Source: Devosia sp.
Lineage (GTDB): Bacteria > Pseudomonadota > Alphaproteobacteria > Rhizobiales > Devosiaceae
DNA: 63,746 bases
Reading direction: 5' to 3'
NCBI GenBank assembly: GCA_035433065.1
Contig: DAORUH010000001.1
Location: forward strand, 1 to 63,746
The first letter of the stretch is position 1; each line of letters starts with the position of its first letter. The notes below the pieces were generated by a model, which ran no database searches, had not been told where the DNA came from, and saw only the letters and a list, made by a program, of their open reading frames with translations. This document shows positions 28,273-37,259 of the stretch, in pieces. Both the position numbers and the translations under genes were made by a program.

Positions 28273-29508
28273 ATGGCAATAGTTGCAACGAGGCCGGAAA
28301 CCCGGCGCCGCCGGAAAAATGGGGGAGTTCTGGTCCTGATCGCCACGCTGCGCCATCTGCGCGTCTTTTCGGCCGTCGCCCAGACCGGCTCGGTCACCCG
28401 CGCCGCCGAGATTTGCCATGTCTCGCAGCCGGCGGTGACGCAGGCCATCGGCAAGCTCGAACGCGAGGCCGGTGGGCCGCTGTTCCAGCGCACGCCGCAG
28501 GGCCTCTTCCTCACTGCCACCGGCACGGCGCTGGCGGCCCGTGTCGATCGCGCCTTCGGCATGCTCGATCCGGTGCTCACCGAACTCGCGCCGCGCCTCC
28601 GCCTCACGGCCACGGCCGCACAACTTCACGCCCTCGTCGCCATGTGCGAAACCGAAAACTTCACCCTCGCCGCCCGCCGCATGGGCCTCGCCCAGCCGAC
28701 GGTGCATCGCGCCGTCACCCAGCTTGAGCAGGAAGCGGCGCGCCCCCTGTTCGAGCGCACCTCCTACGGCATGATCGCGACCCGGCCCGCGCTGGCGCTC
28801 GCGCAGGCGGCGCAACTGGCCTTTGCCGAACTGGAGCAGGGCGAGGCCGATCTTGCCGAATTCGCCGGCCGCGAGGTTGGCCGCATCGTCATCGGCGCAC
28901 TGCCGCTGTCGCGCTCCTATCTCCTCGCGCGCACCATCGCCCGCTTCCGCAAGCGCCGCCCCACGCTGCCCGTCCGTGTCCTCGATGGTCCCTACAACGA
29001 TCTGATGCAGGGCCTCCGCCGCGGCGAGGTCGATCTCATCATCGGCGCGCTGCGCGACCCCGCCCCCATCGGCGATATCGAGCAGCAGCCGCTGTTCGAC
29101 GATGGCCTCGTCGTCGTCGCCCGCCGCGACCACCCGCTGATCGGCGGCCCGCCGCCCACCCTCGCCGATCTCGCGCGCTACCCGTGGGTGGTCCCCATCG
29201 AACTTGCCCCCACCCGACGCTATTTCGACCGCCTCTTCGCCCCGCTCGGCGACGCCGCGCCGAAAAGCCTCGTCGAGACCGGCTCCATCGTCCTGATGCG
29301 TGAACTGCTGCGCGTGTCCGACCATGTCGGCTGCATCTCGCGGCTGCAGATCGCCGCCGAGATCGACCATGGCCACATCGCCGAAGTCCCCTTCGCGCTC
29401 GAAGGCTCGTCGCGCCCCATCGGCCTCACCATCCGCTCCGGCTGGGTGCCGACCCGCGCGCAGGCCGAGTTCCTCGATGACCTGAGGGCCGTCGCTACGT
29501 CGCCATGA
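28273..29508 (+). CDS. galR: LysR-family regulator with two tandem HTH domains (GalR-like)
   Basis: Two LysR HTHs (GSVTRAAEICHVSQPAVTQAI and ENFTLAARRMGLAQPTVHRAV). Divergent from galB. Start uncertain: ATG 28273, or CTG 28336 after GGGGGAG. Confidence 0.85.
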   Translation: MAIVATRPETRRRRKNGGVLVLIATLRHLRVFSAVAQTGSVTRAAEICHVSQPAVTQAIGKLEREAGGPLFQRTPQGLFLTATGTALAARVDRAFGMLDPVLTELAPRLRLTATAAQLHALVAMCETENFTLAARRMGLAQPTVHRAVTQLEQEAARPLFERTSYGMIATRPALALAQAAQLAFAELEQGEADLAEFAGREVGRIVIGALPLSRSYLLARTIARFRKRRPTLPVRVLDGPYNDLMQGLRRGEVDLIIGALRDPAPIGDIEQQPLFDDGLVVVARRDHPLIGGPPPTLADLARYPWVVPIELAPTRRYFDRLFAPLGDAAPKSLVETGSIVLMRELLRVSDHVGCISRLQIAAEIDHGHIAEVPFALEGSSRPIGLTIRSGWVPTRAQAEFLDDLRAVATSP

Positions 29509-30220
29509 AACCGCCGTCGACCGGCAGCGTCACCCCGTTGACCATCGCCGCGGCGTCCGACAGCAGGAACAGCACGACCTCCGCCACTTCCTCGGGCGTC
29601 CCGAACGCGCCGCGCGGCGTCCGCGACAGCATCGGCGCCGATTTCACCGGATCGGTCCACGCCACCGCCGCCAGCGCGGTGAGCGTCACCCCCGGGTTCA
29701 CCGCGTTGACCCGGATACCGTGCGGCCCCAGCTCGTTCGTCATCACCCGCGTCAACCCATCCACCCCGCCCTTGCTGGCGCTGTAGGAGGCGTGGTTGAA
29801 AAACCCGTTGAACGCCGCAATCGACGACACATTGACGATCGCGCCCCCGCCGCCCGCCGCGATCCGGTGCTTGGCGTAGACCTGCGAGACGATCAGCGTC
29901 GCCCGCACGTTCACCGCCTGCACCGTGTCAAAGCTCTCGACCTTGGTCTCGAGGAACGGCTCGAGAACGTTGATCCCCGCGCAGTTGACGAGATAATCCG
30001 CCGGCATCGCGGCCTCCGCCGCCGCCCGCGCCGCCGCCGCGTCCGACAGGTCCACCGCGATCGTCCGCGCCCCGGTCTCGGCCGCGAGTTCCGTGAGGTC
30101 CTGCGCCGTCCGCGCCAGCGCCACGATCTGCGCCCCCCGCTTCGCCCCCAGCACGGCGATGGCGCGGCCAATCCCCTTGCCCGCGCCCGTCACCACGATG
30201 GTCCGGCCGGCCAGCGACAT
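29495..30220 (-). CDS. SDR oxidoreductase (L-xylulose reductase-like)
   Basis: TGAGKGIG, VNCAG, NVSS, YSASKGG, NPGVTLT, PVDGG. Confidence 0.9.
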   Translation of the reverse strand: MSLAGRTIVVTGAGKGIGRAIAVLGAKRGAQIVALARTAQDLTELAAETGARTIAVDLSDAAAARAAAEAAMPADYLVNCAGINVLEPFLETKVESFDTVQAVNVRATLIVSQVYAKHRIAAGGGGAIVNVSSIAAFNGFFNHASYSASKGGVDGLTRVMTNELGPHGIRVNAVNPGVTLTALAAVAWTDPVKSAPMLSRTPRGAFGTPEEVAEVVLFLLSDAAAMVNGVTLPVDGGFMAT

Positions 30221-31077
30221 CAGCCGGTGAGCCCGTACTGCTCGGCCTTGTTGCGCAGGAACGGCAGGCCCTTGTCCATCACCTCTTCCATGCTGTCCGC
30301 CACCGGCCGCCACACCGCGAGCCCGTAGGCGAATTCGGGCGGCATGTTGATGAAACTCTCCATCGCCAGCCCGCCCTTGAACTTGATGGCCGCGAGCGCC
30401 GCAAAAATCTCGTTCCACGGGATATTGCCGTAGCCCGGCGTGCCGCGATCGCTCTCCGACAGATGGATGTATTTGAGCAGATCGCCGCAGGCGAGAATGC
30501 CGTTGGCCGCGCCCTTTTCCTCGATGTTCATGTGGTAGGTATCGAGGTGCATGAAGATGTTGTCCGCCCCGATCCGCTCGATCAGCTCCACGCCCTGCTG
30601 CGCCGTATTGAGCAGGTGGTTCTCGTAGCGGTTGAGCGGCTCGATGCCGAGCTGGATCCCCTTCGTTTTCGCGTGCTTGGCCGCCGCCGCGAGCGCCCGC
30701 GTGAGATTGTCGTACTCGCCCGGCGTCGGCGGCAATCCGGTGCGCTCGCCGAGCCCGCCGAAGATCGCACCCGACAGCGCCTTGCCGCCGAATTCGGCGG
30801 TCTTGTCGATGGCGAGCGTCAGGAACTCGATCGCCGCATCCGGCCGCACCGAGGCCCAGGCGCGCTCCGGCAGGCCGAGCGAACCCACCGCCTCGAGCCC
30901 GTTCTGTTCGAGCAGGCGCTTCGTATGCGCCGCGTCGATGGTTGTCGGATCGGGCATCGCGATCTCGACGAAATCGAGCTTGTAGTGGACGGCGGACCTG
31001 ATGGCCCGCTCGGCCGCTTCAGGCGTCCATTTCATCGCCCAGATGCTCGTATGGATGCCAAACCCGCTGACCGGCAT
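30220..31077 (-). CDS. Ketose 3-epimerase family (D-psicose/D-tagatose/L-ribulose 3-epimerase)
   Basis: EPLNRYE, LDTYHMNIEE, IHLSESDRG and MESF carry the metal and catalytic residues. RBS AAGGAG. Confidence 0.85.
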   Translation of the reverse strand: MPVSGFGIHTSIWAMKWTPEAAERAIRSAVHYKLDFVEIAMPDPTTIDAAHTKRLLEQNGLEAVGSLGLPERAWASVRPDAAIEFLTLAIDKTAEFGGKALSGAIFGGLGERTGLPPTPGEYDNLTRALAAAAKHAKTKGIQLGIEPLNRYENHLLNTAQQGVELIERIGADNIFMHLDTYHMNIEEKGAANGILACGDLLKYIHLSESDRGTPGYGNIPWNEIFAALAAIKFKGGLAMESFINMPPEFAYGLAVWRPVADSMEEVMDKGLPFLRNKAEQYGLTG

Positions 31078-31142
31078 TCTATGCTCCTTCAGAGAAAGTT
31101 GCGGGGCGCCGAAACGCCCCGCGCGATACACCACAGGCGAAA

Positions 31143-32249
31143 TCAGAAGTCGAATTCGCCGATGTTTTCCTTGGTGAAAATGAACGGCGCGCCGAGCAGG
31201 ATTTCGGAGCCGTTGATGACCTGCAGCTTGCCGAGCTTGCCGGCCTCGACATCGGTGGCGCCCGGCGCCAGCGTGCCATCAGCGGCAGCGCGGAGCACGA
31301 AGGCCGCGGCATAGCCGAGGTCCACCGGGTTCCACAGCACCACGGACTTCACGCAGTCGGCTTCCACATACGGCTTCATCGCGTTCGGCGTGGCGAGCCC
31401 GACCACGGCGATCTTGCCGCACTTGCCGGCCTGCGTCACGGCGTCGGCCGAAGCCGGGGTCGCGACCGAGGTCATGCCGAGGATGCCCTTCAGCTCATCG
31501 CCATATTTGTTGATGAGCGTGTTGGCCTGGTTGAAGCTGAGGATATTGTCCTCCTGCGCTTCCACCGTTTCGAGCCACTTGAGCTTCGGGTGGCAGGCCG
31601 CGGCATAGGCGCCCATCTCGGCAATCCAGCGCGCCTGGTTGGGCGTGGTGAAGGTCGAGGTGACGATGGCGAACGAGGCTTCCTCGCCCGATTCCTTGGC
31701 GAGGCTGTCGATCATCGCCTTGGCGATGCCGTTGAACTCCGCCTGGTTGACGAACCACTGGCGCGCGTCGGGCTGCGAGTTGGCGTCATAGCCCACGACA
31801 TTGATGCCGGCGGCCAGCGCCTTCTTCAGCACCGGGGCGATGGCGACCGGGTCGTTGGCGGCGAACAGGATGCCGTCGACGCCCTGCGTGATGTAGTTGT
31901 CGATCACGGTGATCTGGTCGTCGATATTGGCTTCCGTCGGCCCGTCCGTCGTGGCCTTCATGTTGCCCATTTCGGCGGCGGCCGCGGCGATGCCCTTCGA
32001 GGTCGCATCGAAGTAGCCAATGCCGATCAGCTTGGGCACGTCGACGACGGTGATTTCCTTGCCCTTGCGGTCGGGCGGGTTGGTCGGCACGCCGCCGTCA
32101 TAGGCCTTGGCCACCGGCGTTGCCGGGGTGCCGTCGCAGGCGAGTGGACTGGTCGGCAGGTCGTCGCCGCCGGTCCAGGCGGTCTGCGCCTGAACGAGGC
32201 TGGTCGACAGGCTGAGGGCGGTAACCACCGCCAATGTCGTGCGAAGCAT
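31143..32249 (-). CDS. Monosaccharide ABC substrate-binding protein (RhaS/LsrB-like)
   Basis: Signal peptide; VPKLIGIGYF, TPNQARW, VLWNPVDLGY. RBS AAGGAGG. Confidence 0.9.
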   Translation of the reverse strand: MLRTTLAVVTALSLSTSLVQAQTAWTGGDDLPTSPLACDGTPATPVAKAYDGGVPTNPPDRKGKEITVVDVPKLIGIGYFDATSKGIAAAAAEMGNMKATTDGPTEANIDDQITVIDNYITQGVDGILFAANDPVAIAPVLKKALAAGINVVGYDANSQPDARQWFVNQAEFNGIAKAMIDSLAKESGEEASFAIVTSTFTTPNQARWIAEMGAYAAACHPKLKWLETVEAQEDNILSFNQANTLINKYGDELKGILGMTSVATPASADAVTQAGKCGKIAVVGLATPNAMKPYVEADCVKSVVLWNPVDLGYAAAFVLRAAADGTLAPGATDVEAGKLGKLQVINGSEILLGAPFIFTKENIGEFDF

Positions 32250-32306
32250 AGTCTCTCCTCCTTGTAGCGCCGGCCGTCGTTGACGGCATTCGGCCGGCAG
32301 AATGAT

Positions 32307-33251
32307 TCAGCGGGTGCCGCCCCGGTAAACCAGATTAGAGATGAGGATCGTGAGGATCAGCGCTGCGCCGATCAGCACGATGGTTCCGTCGCTTTTGACA
32401 CCGGCCAGCGACAGGCCGTTCTTGAGCGCCTGAATGAGGATGAGGCCCAGCACGGTACCGATGATGGTGCCGCGCCCCCCGAAGATCGAGGTGCCGCCCA
32501 AAACCACCGCGGTGATGGCGTCGAGCTCGATGCCGGTGCCCATGTCCGACCGCGTGGTCGAAACGCGCGAGACGAAGATGACGGCCGCCAGCGCCGCCGC
32601 AAAGCCCGAGGCCGAATAGATGGCGATCTTGATCCAGTCGACCCTGAGCCCCGAAAACCGCGCCGCCGTTTCGTTCGACCCGATGGCATAGGTGGCCCGG
32701 CCCCAGGTCGTCATGCCGAGGATGATGGCCGCGACAATGGTGACGATGACCAGCAGCCAGAGCTGCGTCGGCACGCCGAAGACGTTGCCCTGCCCGAGCA
32801 CATAGAACCACTCCGGATAGCCGCGCACCGAGCGGGCCTCCGACACGCCTTCGGCGATGCCGCGATAGAGCGCCAGCGTGCCCAGCGTCGCGATCAGCGG
32901 CGGCACGCGAAACCGGGTGATGATCAGCCCGTTGACGAACCCGGCAAAGGTGCCCACGCACAGCGCAAGGAAGATCGCGAGTTCGAGCGGCAGGCCGAGG
33001 TTCTTCCAGAACACCCCGAGCAAAATTGCCGTCATGCCGAGGATCGAGCCCACCGACAGGTCGATGCCGCCGGTGATGATGACGAAGGTCATCACGATGG
33101 CGATGAGCCCCACCTCGGTCATCAGCCGGCCCTGGTTGAGCAGGTTGTCGAGCGTGAAGAACTTGTCCGATTGTGCCGAGAGCACAACCAGCGCAATCAC
33201 CACAAACAGCCCGAGGATGGTCTCGTGCCGAATCAGCTTGTTCCAGGTCAT
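32307..33251 (-). CDS. Monosaccharide ABC transporter permease
   Basis: TGGIDLSVGS, IATLGT, ELDAITAVVLGGTSIFGGRG. Start at ATG 33251. Confidence 0.92.
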   Translation of the reverse strand: MTWNKLIRHETILGLFVVIALVVLSAQSDKFFTLDNLLNQGRLMTEVGLIAIVMTFVIITGGIDLSVGSILGMTAILLGVFWKNLGLPLELAIFLALCVGTFAGFVNGLIITRFRVPPLIATLGTLALYRGIAEGVSEARSVRGYPEWFYVLGQGNVFGVPTQLWLLVIVTIVAAIILGMTTWGRATYAIGSNETAARFSGLRVDWIKIAIYSASGFAAALAAVIFVSRVSTTRSDMGTGIELDAITAVVLGGTSIFGGRGTIIGTVLGLILIQALKNGLSLAGVKSDGTIVLIGAALILTILISNLVYRGGTR

Positions 33252-34246
33252 CGTCCGGCTCCCCGCATTTCGCGGTTTCGCCGCATCATGTCGATGAGCA
33301 CGGTGATGAGGATCAGCGCGCCGATCACCGCGCGCAGCCAGTAGGCCGAAACGTTGATGAAGATCAGCGCCGAGCCGATGGCCGAAAAGAGGATCGCGGC
33401 GAGCGTAGAGCCGATGACCGTGCCGGTGCCCCCGAGGATCGACACCCCGCCGATCACCGCCGCGGTGATGATGGTGAGTTCGAGGTTCGGCGGCACCGTC
33501 GACTGGATGATTTTCAGCTGCGTCGCGAACAGGATGGTCGCCAGCCCCGCGAAGGCGCCGTGGATCGCAAACACCTGCACGATCCGCCGCTCGATCGGAA
33601 TGCCCGCGGCGCGTGCCGCTTCCGGGTTGCCGCCGATGGCGTAGAGCGACCGGCCGAACGCCGTGTAGCGCATCCACAGGAACGCCGCGATGGTGAGCAC
33701 GATCATCATCCACACCGGCACCGGCACATCGAGGAATCGCCGCTGCGCCAGGAGGAACTCGGGGGGCAGGTTGTTGATCCAGGCGCCGCCCGTCACCGAC
33801 ACGAGCCCGCCCCTGAGGATCGACAGCATGCCCAGCGTCACCACGATCGCGGGGATCTTGCCATAGGCCACCAGCATGCCGACGATGGTGTTGACCGCCA
33901 TGCCGACAAAGATCGGCGCCACCCACGCCACCCAGATCGGCGCGCCCGAAATCGCGATGTTGCCGGCAACCGTTGCCAGCACGCCGATCAGCGCGCCCAC
34001 CGACACGTCGATATTGCCGGTGATGATGATCATCGACATGCCGATGGCGGCAACCGCGATATAGGCGTTGCCCGAAATGATGGTGTTGAGATTGTTGGCC
34101 CCGAGGAAGCGCGGGTTGACCGCCGACACAACGGCGAACAGCACGAGGATGGCGCAGGCAATGACGATCTCCTGCCCGTAGGCGGAGATGAAGCGGGTCA
34201 GGGCGCTGCGGTGCGGGCGAAAGGCCGGGGCGGCTTCGACGCTCAT
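33248..34246 (-). CDS. Monosaccharide ABC transporter permease
   Basis: GNIDVSVG, YAIGGNPEAA, AAVIGGVSILGGTG. Confidence 0.92.
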   Translation of the reverse strand: MSVEAAPAFRPHRSALTRFISAYGQEIVIACAILVLFAVVSAVNPRFLGANNLNTIISGNAYIAVAAIGMSMIIITGNIDVSVGALIGVLATVAGNIAISGAPIWVAWVAPIFVGMAVNTIVGMLVAYGKIPAIVVTLGMLSILRGGLVSVTGGAWINNLPPEFLLAQRRFLDVPVPVWMMIVLTIAAFLWMRYTAFGRSLYAIGGNPEAARAAGIPIERRIVQVFAIHGAFAGLATILFATQLKIIQSTVPPNLELTIITAAVIGGVSILGGTGTVIGSTLAAILFSAIGSALIFINVSAYWLRAVIGALILITVLIDMMRRNREMRGAGR

Positions 34247-35757
34247 TCGGCCGCCTCATGCTGGGTCGCCTGCGTCATTGCCGCGCCGACGGATTCGGGC
34301 GTGGCATGCTCGCGGTCGATGGTCGCCATCAACTGGCCGCCATGCATCACCATCACCCGGTCGCTCATGCCGAGGATTTCCGGCAGCTCGCTCGAAATCA
34401 TCAGGATCGCCATGCCCTCTCCCGCCAGCCGCGCCATCAGCGCGTGGATTTCGGCCTTCGCGCCCACATCGATGCCGCGCGTCGGTTCATCCATGATGAG
34501 GATGCGCGGCTCGGTCTCGAGCCACTTGCCCAGCACCACCTTCTGCTGGTTGCCGCCCGACAGTTGCCCGACGATCTGCGACGGCCCGCGGGCGCGCACC
34601 CCGAGCTTGGTGATCGAGTCCGCGGCGCGCCTGAGTTCCGTGCCGACATTGATGAAGATGCCGTTGGCGACGTTGTGGAGCGAAGCCATCGAGTTGTTCT
34701 GCGCAATGCTCATCGGCCTGACGAGCCCCTGCAGGCCCCGGTCCTCCGGCACATAGGCGATGCCGAGATTGCGCGCCTGCTTGGGGGATCTGATCGTCAC
34801 CGCCTTGCCGTCGAGCGTGATGGTGCCCGACGTCGCCGGGGTGATGCCGAAAATCGTCAGCGCCAGTTCCGTGCGGCCCGAGCCGACGAGCCCGGCAAGG
34901 CCGAGGATTTCGCCGCGCCGCAGCTCGAACGAAATGTCCCGCACGCGCGCTCCAAAACTCAGGTGCTCCACCTTGAGCAGCACCTCGCCGATCTTCGGCT
35001 CGCCGCGCGGGAACAGGTGGGCAATATCGCGCCCCACCATCATCGCCACCAGCGATTGTTCGGTCACTTCGGCGATCGGCTTGGTGCTGATCAGCGCCCC
35101 GTCGCGCAGTACCGTCACGCGGTCGGCCAGCTCGAAGATTTCGGGCAGCTTGTGGCTGACATAGATGATGCCGACACCGCGCTCGCGCAGCCGTTTCACC
35201 ACGGCGATGAGGCGGCGGATATCGGCATCGGCCAGCGCCGCCGTCGGCTCGTCCATGATCAGGATTTTTGCATCCTGGCTCAGCGCCTTGGCGATTTCGA
35301 CGCGCTGGCGGTTGGCCACCGAGAGCGTCCCGACCTTGGCGTCAACATCGAGATCGGGGCTGTCGAGGGAGTCGAGCAGTTGCCGCGCCCGGCGGCGCAT
35401 CTGCGTCCAGTCGAGGAGGCCCGCGCCGGTACGCGGCGCGTTGCCGAGGAACACGTTCTCGGCCACCGTCAGTTCGGGAAACAGCAGCAGTTCCTGATAG
35501 ACGGTCGCCACCCCGCCGCGCCGCGCCTCCTTGGGCGATACGGCCGTATGCACGGTGTCCCCGAGCCGGATCGTGCCGCTATCGGGCGCATGTACGCCCG
35601 CGATGATCTTGATGAGGGTGGATTTGCCGGCGCCGTTCTCGCCGAGCAGCGCATGCACCTCGCCGGCGCGCACATCGAAATTGATGTCCCGAAGGACCGA
35701 TATCCCCGCGAACGACTTTGAGACGTTCTCAAGCTGGACGGGGATGGCCGCGCTCAT
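34243..35757 (-). CDS. Monosaccharide ABC transporter ATP-binding protein (two NBDs, RbsA-like)
   Basis: GENGAGKST, DEPTAAL, GLVGSGRTE, LSGGNQQKV, DEPTRGIDVGAK. Confidence 0.94.
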   Translation of the reverse strand: MSAAIPVQLENVSKSFAGISVLRDINFDVRAGEVHALLGENGAGKSTLIKIIAGVHAPDSGTIRLGDTVHTAVSPKEARRGGVATVYQELLLFPELTVAENVFLGNAPRTGAGLLDWTQMRRRARQLLDSLDSPDLDVDAKVGTLSVANRQRVEIAKALSQDAKILIMDEPTAALADADIRRLIAVVKRLRERGVGIIYVSHKLPEIFELADRVTVLRDGALISTKPIAEVTEQSLVAMMVGRDIAHLFPRGEPKIGEVLLKVEHLSFGARVRDISFELRRGEILGLAGLVGSGRTELALTIFGITPATSGTITLDGKAVTIRSPKQARNLGIAYVPEDRGLQGLVRPMSIAQNNSMASLHNVANGIFINVGTELRRAADSITKLGVRARGPSQIVGQLSGGNQQKVVLGKWLETEPRILIMDEPTRGIDVGAKAEIHALMARLAGEGMAILMISSELPEILGMSDRVMVMHGGQLMATIDREHATPESVGAAMTQATQHEAAE

Positions 35758-35976
35758 AGAAGCGCCCACCGGCTACGAACGTCGACAACGCCGTTGAAAC
35801 CGGCCACCGCAACGCCTCCCGCCTTCCACCTCGTTGGGTGGCCCGCACGCTGGCTTAGTGCTTGCACCGCCGCGCGCTTTTTCGCTTCAGGCAGTCAAGC
35901 ACGCGCGCTCGTCGATCGTCAACGCATGTACGTACGTCAGCCCTTGAGCACTAGGCTATCGACCCATCGGGGGCTC

Positions 35977-36013
35977 CACCCACCGGCGTGCGCCGGAATG
36001 ACGGCGGTGGGTG
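35977..36013. repeat. Intergenic inverted repeat / REP-like half element downstream of the amidohydrolase gene
   Basis: CACCCACCG...CGGTGGGTG flanks CCGGCG-TG-CGCCGG-AATGAC. Confidence 0.45.
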
Positions 36014-36022
36014 TGCCCTATC

Positions 36023-37252
36023 TCAGCCCTTCAGCACGCGGCCGCCGCGCATGATCATCGACATATGCTTGCCGTCGCCGGCCAGCAGCATGATGTCCTC
36101 AAGCGGGTTGCCATCGACAACGATCAGGTCCGCCTGCGCGCCCTTCGCAATGACACCGATCTCGCCCTTGAGGCGGCAGAGGTCCGCGCCCACGACCGTC
36201 GCCGAGCGGATGATCTCGGCCGGCGTCAGCACCTTGGCCAGCAGCTCAAATTCCATGCAGTGGTACTTGCGCAACCCGCCCAGCAGGTCCGAGCCGAAGG
36301 CCATCGGCAGGCCCGCGTCGCGCATGATCGCCAGCGACTTGAGCCCGCCCGAGCGCACCACCTCGATCTTCTCGAACTCGACCGGCCCCAGCCCCAGTTC
36401 CTTGCCGTCGAGCCACAGCGCATCATAGGCCACCAGCGTCGGCACGGCGATGCAGCCCTTTTCCGCCGCCAGCTTCGCGGTTTCGGGCGTGATCAGGTTG
36501 CAGTGTTCGAGCGAGTGCACGCCCAGTTCGACGCAGCGGCGAATGGCCCTGTCGGTATAGACATGCGCCGACACATACAGGCCCGCGTTCTCGGCCTCTT
36601 CGACCATGGCGAGGATTTCCTCGCGCGAGTACTGGATCGAGTGGATCGGGTCGTTCGGCGACGACACGCCGCCATTCGCCATCACCTTGATGAAGTTGGC
36701 GCCTTCCTTGATCATCTTGCGGCACGCAAAGCGCACCTCATCGACGCCATCGGCGATATAGCCCATCGACCCCAGCCGGTCCGACATCATGCCCGGCCGG
36801 TCGTCGGTGCGTTTGCGCAAATCCGCATGGCCGCCGGTGGTCGTCAGCCCCTTGCCGCAGATGATGATCCGCGGCCCGTCGATCAGCCCGTCCTCGACCC
36901 CGCGTACAAGTCCGTAGTCGGCGCCGCCAAGGTCGCGGATCGTTGTAAATCCGCGTTGAACCATCGCTTGCATCACCCTGGCCGAACGCAAGGCTGCAAG
37001 GGACGCTGGGGCAATCATATTCGCCCAAAGGTCGAGACTGTCAGCCACAACATGGGTATGACAGTCGATCAGCCCCGGCATCAAAACCCGCCCGCCGAGG
37101 TCGATTTCCCGCGCCCCCGCCGGCGCCGCAATCCCGCTCCCGACCTCGGCAATCCGGCCATCCTTGACCAGCACCGCCTGCCCATCCCGGGTCACCCCCG
37201 CCTCGGCATCCAGCACACGGGCATTGGTGAAGAGAATAATATCGTTCATCAT
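36023..37252 (-). CDS. Amidohydrolase superfamily metal-dependent hydrolase (prolidase/carboxypeptidase-like subgroup)
   Basis: MPGLIDCHTH, GFTTIRDLGG, IKVMANGG, SAHVY, SLEHCN, FGSDL, ADLIVVDGNPL. Confidence 0.9.
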   Translation of the reverse strand: MMNDIILFTNARVLDAEAGVTRDGQAVLVKDGRIAEVGSGIAAPAGAREIDLGGRVLMPGLIDCHTHVVADSLDLWANMIAPASLAALRSARVMQAMVQRGFTTIRDLGGADYGLVRGVEDGLIDGPRIIICGKGLTTTGGHADLRKRTDDRPGMMSDRLGSMGYIADGVDEVRFACRKMIKEGANFIKVMANGGVSSPNDPIHSIQYSREEILAMVEEAENAGLYVSAHVYTDRAIRRCVELGVHSLEHCNLITPETAKLAAEKGCIAVPTLVAYDALWLDGKELGLGPVEFEKIEVVRSGGLKSLAIMRDAGLPMAFGSDLLGGLRKYHCMEFELLAKVLTPAEIIRSATVVGADLCRLKGEIGVIAKGAQADLIVVDGNPLEDIMLLAGDGKHMSMIMRGGRVLKG

Positions 37253-37259
37253 CAACTCT

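Noticed and set aside
31143-35757. lsr (AI-2 uptake) or rhamnose operon
   Set aside because: No lsrK/lsrR/lsrF/lsrG or rha catabolic genes are present; the similarity is family-level only.
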